Origin: a virus
Reading direction: 5' to 3' (one strand)
Virus record (IMG/VR): IMGVR_UViG_3300047160_010630
Span: 32,001 to 96,000 of that record
DNA length: 64,000 nt
The position numbers and the translations under genes were made by a program. The notes beneath the pieces were generated by a model. It was not told the DNA's origin and ran no database searches. It saw only the letters and a program-made list of their open reading frames with translations. The number at the start of each line of letters is the position of its first letter. Positions within the stretch are counted from its first letter, which is position 1. Positions 58,837 through 64,000 of the stretch are shown here, piece by piece.

Positions 58837-59748
58837 ATGTCATCTAATGAAAAGATAGCACACGAATCCGCAGGCCGTCCAGCGCACCTGGACCCGGCCT
58901 GGCGCTACGTGCCCCTCAACGAGGACCGCAAGCCGATCATGAAGGTGGAGGACGACCCCCGCTTCTGGGAGGGCGCCGAAGCGGACTGGGAGTCCTTCCA
59001 GGACTGGGTCGAGGCGGAGGGCACCATCGGCATCCTGCCGGAGAAGAGCGGCCTGGTGATCCTGGACTGCGACGCCCGCCGCGAGTTCGACGTGGACGGC
59101 AACAGCGCGAAGCTGGCCGTGCGCCACGGCATCGACGACCTGAAGCGCGTCGCGGCCGAGCACGGCGAGAACGTCGTGCCCACCTTCACCGTGAAGACGA
59201 AGTCCGGCGGCTTCCACCTGTACTACCGCCAGAACCCCCAGCTGCCGGTCACCTCGAAGGGGCACCGGGACGGCTGGAGGGTGGACGTGAAGGCCTCCAG
59301 GAACTCCTACGCGGTCTCCCCGCCCTCGGTGGGCTACACGGTCGTGCGCGACCTGGAAGCGGCCGTGCTGCCCCTGTGGCTGGCCTCCTGGATCTGCACG
59401 GTCAACCAGTCCACCCTGCCCACCGGCGGCGCGCGGATGGCCGAGCGCATGGAGCGGGCCAGGCACGCCAAGATCGACGTCCTGGCCCACGGCTCCGGGT
59501 CGTCCATGTTCGAGATGTGGTGCCTGGCCCTGCTCGGCGTGGTGGAGGACGCCGCCCGGCACGGCGGCTGGAACAACGCGATCTACACCACGGCCCGGGA
59601 GTTCTTCGACGTCGGCATCGACGAGGAGCACGTCCTGGACATGATCATGCACGCCACCCCGCCCTGGGACGACAAGGGTGCCGACATGATCGCCCGCACG
59701 GTATCCTCGGCGTGGCGCGGCCATCTGGACAAGACCGGCCGGGACTGA
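58837..59748 (+). CDS. Bifunctional primase/polymerase (Prim-Pol)
   Basis: SGLVILDCD, TFTVKTKSGGFHLYY, VDVKA...YAVSPPS. Confidence 0.85.
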   Translation: MSSNEKIAHESAGRPAHLDPAWRYVPLNEDRKPIMKVEDDPRFWEGAEADWESFQDWVEAEGTIGILPEKSGLVILDCDARREFDVDGNSAKLAVRHGIDDLKRVAAEHGENVVPTFTVKTKSGGFHLYYRQNPQLPVTSKGHRDGWRVDVKASRNSYAVSPPSVGYTVVRDLEAAVLPLWLASWICTVNQSTLPTGGARMAERMERARHAKIDVLAHGSGSSMFEMWCLALLGVVEDAARHGGWNNAIYTTAREFFDVGIDEEHVLDMIMHATPPWDDKGADMIARTVSSAWRGHLDKTGRD

Positions 59749-59779
59749 ACAAGGAACGCACACGAACGAGAGGAACGCG

Positions 59780-61261
59780 GTGGACTTCACCCCCAGCCCC
59801 GACCAGCAGCAGGCCATCGACAGGATCGTGAACTGGTTCCTCACCTGCCGACGGGACGTGGAGTACTGCACCGGCGCAGCGGACACGGACAGTGACCGGA
59901 AGTGCCCCCAGGTCCCGCACACCCACGTCGATGCGGGCCTGGGACCCGGGCCGGTCATCTCGCTGGGCGGGTACGCCGGGACCGGCAAGACCTCCGTGCT
60001 CGGGCACCTGGGCATGCTGCTGGTCGACAAGGGCGTCAAGCTCGTGTTCGCCACCCCCACCAACAAGGCCGCCGGAGTCCTGCGCAGGAAGCTCCCCGAG
60101 GAGCTGAAGCCGCTCGTCTCCACCACCTACGCCCTGAGCTACATCCCCGACCCGAAAGACAAGTGCAAGCAGAGCGGGTACTTCGTCGACGAAGTGTCCA
60201 CCGAGTGCACCTGCGGAGAAGTCGCCCAGGACTGCACCTGCCCCAGGCTGTTCACCCCGTGCGGCCAGCACGACGGCACGTGCACGGTCGTGGAGCACCT
60301 GGAGTGGATCAAGCGCGACACCGTGCGCGGGCACGCCGAGCTGATCGTCGTGGACGAGGCCTCCATGCTCTCCCAGGAGCAGGTCGAAGACCTGCTGGAC
60401 TTCGGCCTGCCCGTGCTCGTGACCGGCGACCACGGCCAGCTCCCGCCGGTCATGGCGCAGATGAACCAGTGGATCGCCAGGCCCGACATTGTTCTTGTGG
60501 AGAACCACCGCCAGAAGCAGGACACCTCCGGCATCGTCGACCTGGCGCTGTGGGCCCGCGAAGGATTCCAGCTGCGCAAAGGCGTCTGGGGGGACGGGCG
60601 CACGGTCGTCATGGGAAAGGACGACCCGCGAGGAGGCCAGCTGCTGGACCCGGAGCGGTTCCGCGCACGCGGCCCGGAGGCCACCTGGCCGCAGATCATC
60701 TGCGCGCTGAACGCGGACCGGGCGGGCATCAACAGGATCTTCCACGGCCCCGGCCCCGTCCGCGCCGGGGACAAGGTCACCGCCCTGCGCAAGTGCGTCG
60801 TGCCGGTCGTGGAGCGGTTCGACCCGGAAGGACGGCCGGTGCCCCGCATGCGCAGCGTGCAGGTGGTGGAGGCGGACGGCTCGGTCGGGGTGTCGGGGGA
60901 GCTGGAGGCCGTCAAGCGCACCGTCCACAACGGGGCGAGCGGCATCGTGCTGAAGGCCTGGGAGCCCAAGGGCGGCCTCGTGCGGATCGTCGTGGCGCTG
61001 GACGACGGGCCGATGGTGGAGGTGTCCGGCTGCGAGGAGAAGCAGTTCGGACACGAACGGACCCTGGGCAAGAACGAGGTCGTCTCGCGGGAGAGTCGGC
61101 TGTGGGACTACGCGTACGCGGTGACCTGCCACCGGGCCCAGGGATCCGAGTGGGACGAGGTCATTGTCATGGACAACGCCGGTGCGGACAGGGAGCGGTG
61201 GCGCTACACCGCCATCACCCGCGCCAAGCAGAAGCTGATCGTGATCTCCATGAGAGAGTGA
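59780..61261 (+). CDS. RecD/Dda-like SF1B helicase with Cys-rich insertions
   Basis: GYAGTGKT, TPTNKAA, VDEASM, GDHGQLPPV, YAVTCHRAQGSEW, YTAITRAK. Confidence 0.9.
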   Translation: MDFTPSPDQQQAIDRIVNWFLTCRRDVEYCTGAADTDSDRKCPQVPHTHVDAGLGPGPVISLGGYAGTGKTSVLGHLGMLLVDKGVKLVFATPTNKAAGVLRRKLPEELKPLVSTTYALSYIPDPKDKCKQSGYFVDEVSTECTCGEVAQDCTCPRLFTPCGQHDGTCTVVEHLEWIKRDTVRGHAELIVVDEASMLSQEQVEDLLDFGLPVLVTGDHGQLPPVMAQMNQWIARPDIVLVENHRQKQDTSGIVDLALWAREGFQLRKGVWGDGRTVVMGKDDPRGGQLLDPERFRARGPEATWPQIICALNADRAGINRIFHGPGPVRAGDKVTALRKCVVPVVERFDPEGRPVPRMRSVQVVEADGSVGVSGELEAVKRTVHNGASGIVLKAWEPKGGLVRIVVALDDGPMVEVSGCEEKQFGHERTLGKNEVVSRESRLWDYAYAVTCHRAQGSEWDEVIVMDNAGADRERWRYTAITRAKQKLIVISMRE

Positions 61262-61314
61262 TCGTCCGCAGGTTGCGCGAAGTCCCGTGAACGAACGACC
61301 GGAAAGGCCGTGCC

Positions 61315-63300
61315 TTGGCCCACGACGCCGACGACACCCCGCCCGCCGACGACCGGGAGGAGGGCCCTGCGCCCGACGTCCTGGCCGCCATCCACCGCAC
61401 CAGGGACGGGCTGCTGGCCGCCGAGGAGAAGAAGAAGGCGGACGGCACCTGGACCCTGGAGGACATGCTCAAGGTCGCGGACGCCCTGGGCAAACTGGAG
61501 CGCGCCGAGCAGTACCACACCGCCCGGCTGGCCGACGAGGAGGTACTGCGCAGGCTCACCGGCGGCCAGGACGGCTACCGGCTGCCGGAGAACACCAGCG
61601 CCAGCAAGCAGTCCAGCTACAGGCTCACCGACGAGGGCGTCGTCCATTCGTACACGAAGGGAACGGGGAAGGCGACGGTCCTGGAGGAGGAGGTCATCGC
61701 GTTCCGGCCGTTCGTACCGGTGGAGCGGCTCAAAGACGACCAGGGACGCCACCAGTACCGCATCGCCTGGCTGGACACGGCGGGCGAGGTGCAGGAGCTG
61801 GTCATGACGGCGGAGGAGACGGCCAGCCGCACCCTGTTCACCCGGGCCTTCCCCGACCACGTCGTGACGTCGGTCCACGTCATGGCCTGTGTCGAGTACA
61901 TGTCACAGTGCTTGCGGTACAACCAGCAGTGGCTCCAGGACCGGGTGAAGGTCGCCGCCACCCAGCTCGGCTGGTCGGCCCAGCTGGCGGACGGGGAGAT
62001 GGACGTGGAGCAGTTCACCTCCGGCCCCGGACGCCCACGGCACGTCCAGGACGTCAAGAACACCGGCGCATGGCTGGAGGGGCACTGCTCGCGGGGGAGG
62101 ATCGAGGAGTGGAAGGAGGCCGTGGCCGACTGCGCGGACCGGCCGGTCATCCTTGCGGCACTGTCCGCCGCGTTCGCCGCACCGCTGCTGCGGGTCGTGG
62201 GGGCGGCCAACGTCGTCGTGGACGTCTCCGGCACCACCTCGGTCGGCAAGACGGTCCTGCTCGGCCTGTGCACGTCCGTGTGGGCGGACCCTGGGCGGTC
62301 GATGCTCTCGTGGGAGAACACCAGGGTCGCCATGGAGCACTACATGTCCATGCTCAGAGGGATGCCCCTGTTCGTGGACGAGACCCAGCTGGCGGACCCC
62401 AAGATCCTGGAGGAGCTGGTCTACGGCATCACCCAGGGCAAGAGCCGGGGCAGGTCGACCCAGGACGGCACGGGGATGATCGACGGCCAGCAGTGGGAGA
62501 CGGTACTGGTCACCACCGGCGAGCAGCCGATCACCTCCATGACCACCAAAGGCGGCCTGAGCCCGCGCATCGTCCCGCTCACCGGCGCGCCGTGCCGCGA
62601 CCGCGCCCATGCGGAGCGGGTCAGAAGGGTCTCCAGGCGGTCGTACGGGCGCGCCGGTGAGGTATTCCTCCAGGAGGTCGCCCGCCTGGGGGACGAGGCC
62701 CTCCAGGTGCGGTACGAGGAGTTGAAGGAGGCACTGGCGGGGCAGGTCCAGAGCTCGGTGGCGCAGCGCCGGGCGGAGTCGGTGGCGGTGCTGGCCCTGG
62801 CCAACGAGGTGGCGGCCGGGGCCGGGCTGATGCCGCTGGCGCCGCCGCAGGTGTGGGTGTGGGCGGCCAGCGGGGCGGACTCGTCCGTCGAGGGGGACGA
62901 GGACGACCGCCCGCGCGGGGCGCTGCGGGCGGTGATGTCCTGGGCCCAGGTCAACGGCCACCGGTTCTACGGGCACGAGGACGCGATGAGCGTCCCGCCC
63001 GCCTCCGGCTGGGCCGGGCGGTGGGACACGGACGAGTTCGTGGCCTTCCACCCGGAGACCCTGCGCAAGCTGCTGGCGGACCTGGGGTACGAGCACGGGA
63101 ACATCCTCCCGGCCTGGCGGGAGCGGGGGTGGCTCCAGCACAAGCCGGACAAGTACACCTTCACGGTGCGCGTCGGCGGGAAGCCGGGCCTGTTCATCAA
63201 GATCATCCACATGGAGGACGTCGTGGACCCGGGGAGTGCGGAGGGCGGGGAAGAGGCGGCGGACCCTCGGATGGCATGGGTCCGGAGCCTGACGAGGTGA
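61315..63300 (+). CDS. DUF927 replicative helicase-like ATPase
   Basis: ATQLGW, SAAFAAPLL, SGTTSVGKT, SVWADP, PLFVDE, TTGEQ. Confidence 0.85.
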   Translation: MAHDADDTPPADDREEGPAPDVLAAIHRTRDGLLAAEEKKKADGTWTLEDMLKVADALGKLERAEQYHTARLADEEVLRRLTGGQDGYRLPENTSASKQSSYRLTDEGVVHSYTKGTGKATVLEEEVIAFRPFVPVERLKDDQGRHQYRIAWLDTAGEVQELVMTAEETASRTLFTRAFPDHVVTSVHVMACVEYMSQCLRYNQQWLQDRVKVAATQLGWSAQLADGEMDVEQFTSGPGRPRHVQDVKNTGAWLEGHCSRGRIEEWKEAVADCADRPVILAALSAAFAAPLLRVVGAANVVVDVSGTTSVGKTVLLGLCTSVWADPGRSMLSWENTRVAMEHYMSMLRGMPLFVDETQLADPKILEELVYGITQGKSRGRSTQDGTGMIDGQQWETVLVTTGEQPITSMTTKGGLSPRIVPLTGAPCRDRAHAERVRRVSRRSYGRAGEVFLQEVARLGDEALQVRYEELKEALAGQVQSSVAQRRAESVAVLALANEVAAGAGLMPLAPPQVWVWAASGADSSVEGDEDDRPRGALRAVMSWAQVNGHRFYGHEDAMSVPPASGWAGRWDTDEFVAFHPETLRKLLADLGYEHGNILPAWRERGWLQHKPDKYTFTVRVGGKPGLFIKIIHMEDVVDPGSAEGGEEAADPRMAWVRSLTR

Positions 63301-63318
63301 CTCGATGTAGTGGTGGTG

Positions 63319-63352
63319 AAAGGCGGTCCGCTGAGGAAGCGGACCGCTTTTT
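63319..63352 (+). terminator. Intrinsic terminator
   Basis: gcggtccgct-gagga-agcggaccgc followed by ttttt. Confidence 0.8.
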
Positions 63353-63469
63353 GTCGTGTGGACCGGGGGTACGGGGGGTTCTGGGGTCCACGTATACCGG
63401 GGTCGTGGGCCTGGTGTGGGCCGCACTGACCTGCGAGTATGCCGTGTGTGCCGGATTTTGGGGGGCAGA

Positions 63470-63725
63470 GAAGATATAGAGAGGTAAAACGTGAGACACG
63501 AGTACATGTCATGTTTTCACGTTACACAGAGTGACGTACACGAACACACGAGAACACTCACTACTACTACTACTACTACTAGATATCTCTATATATAAGG
63601 GTTACAAGGGTTACAAGGGTTACAGTAAAGGTCAGAGAGATGAGAGAAGGGTAGATGGGGGTAGACGGAGGGGTAGACGAGAGGGGTACATGGAGAGGGA
63701 GAGGGAGAGGGAGAGGGAGGAGAAA
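63470..63725. repeat. Origin-like non-coding region with short tandem repeats
   Basis: (CTA)7 at 63561-63581, AT-rich gatatctctatatata, (AAGGGTTAC)3 at 63597-63623, GGGTAGA x3, GAGAGG array. Confidence 0.65.
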
Positions 63726-64000
63726 AAGCCGTAGAAGGCGGTGTGAGGCTGTGGGAGAGGGTGGACGGTAGTCTGGGGCCAGGAGGCGGTGAGAGGCCGC
63801 TGACGGTGCCTTGGAGGGCCGTGTGTACACATCTGGGCTCCCGACGGCGGGAGTGAGGATCAGGATGGACGGACCGGAGCGGGAGGAGCCGGTGGGCGAG
63901 GAGAGCCGACCGGTGCCCCCGGACGGCGCGACCATGGGACCGCTCGTGGGAGGATGTCTGTGCGGAAAGCACACCAAGCCGGGCGAGGAGAACCGGTGAC

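Noticed and set aside
16432-63507. Many long antisense or off-frame ORFs (e.g. 16432-17832, 21010-22797, 36132-38018, 42107-44101, 61903-63507)
   Set aside because: Expected shadows of high-GC3 genes on the opposite strand or frame; no motifs or SDs
63561-63725. CRISPR array or telomere
   Set aside because: Units are 3-9 nt with no spacers and only three AAGGGTTAC copies; the Cas4-like gene sits in a recombination module

Overview
About 64 kb of a high-GC, siphovirus-like actinobacteriophage genome. The GroES and tRNA-fMet sequences point to a Streptomycetaceae host. The window starts inside the scaffold/protease gene; terminase, portal, integrase and repressor are not in it. Layout: (1) 1-28.7 kb, + strand: virion and lysis module. 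The major capsid gene is split by a group I intron carrying a homing endonuclease, followed by two families of tandem paralogous beta-rich proteins, head-tail joining genes, tail tube, tail chaperones, tape measure, minor tail proteins and endolysin. (2) 28.7-41.5 kb, - strand: six tRNA genes, SSB, Sak4-like ATPase, Cas4-like nuclease, SNF2 helicase, RuvC-like resolvase, PolA and small early genes. (3) 41.6-63.3 kb, + strand: many small early genes (Thg1-like, GroES, HicA-like, ParB-like), prim-pol, RecD-like and DUF927 helicases, then an origin-like repeat region. The most striking observation is that the putative head-tail adaptor gene (13220-14173) is interrupted in frame by TTA-TAG-GGC, the rare bldA-dependent Leu codon followed by an amber stop. 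This is a candidate ribosome-bypass switch linking virion assembly to host development, and it lies next to a free-standing LAGLIDADG endonuclease. All five homing endonucleases appear to have their own leaderless promoters, and one uses a tRNA anticodon as its stop codon. All calls were made by eye; no database searches or folding programs were run.
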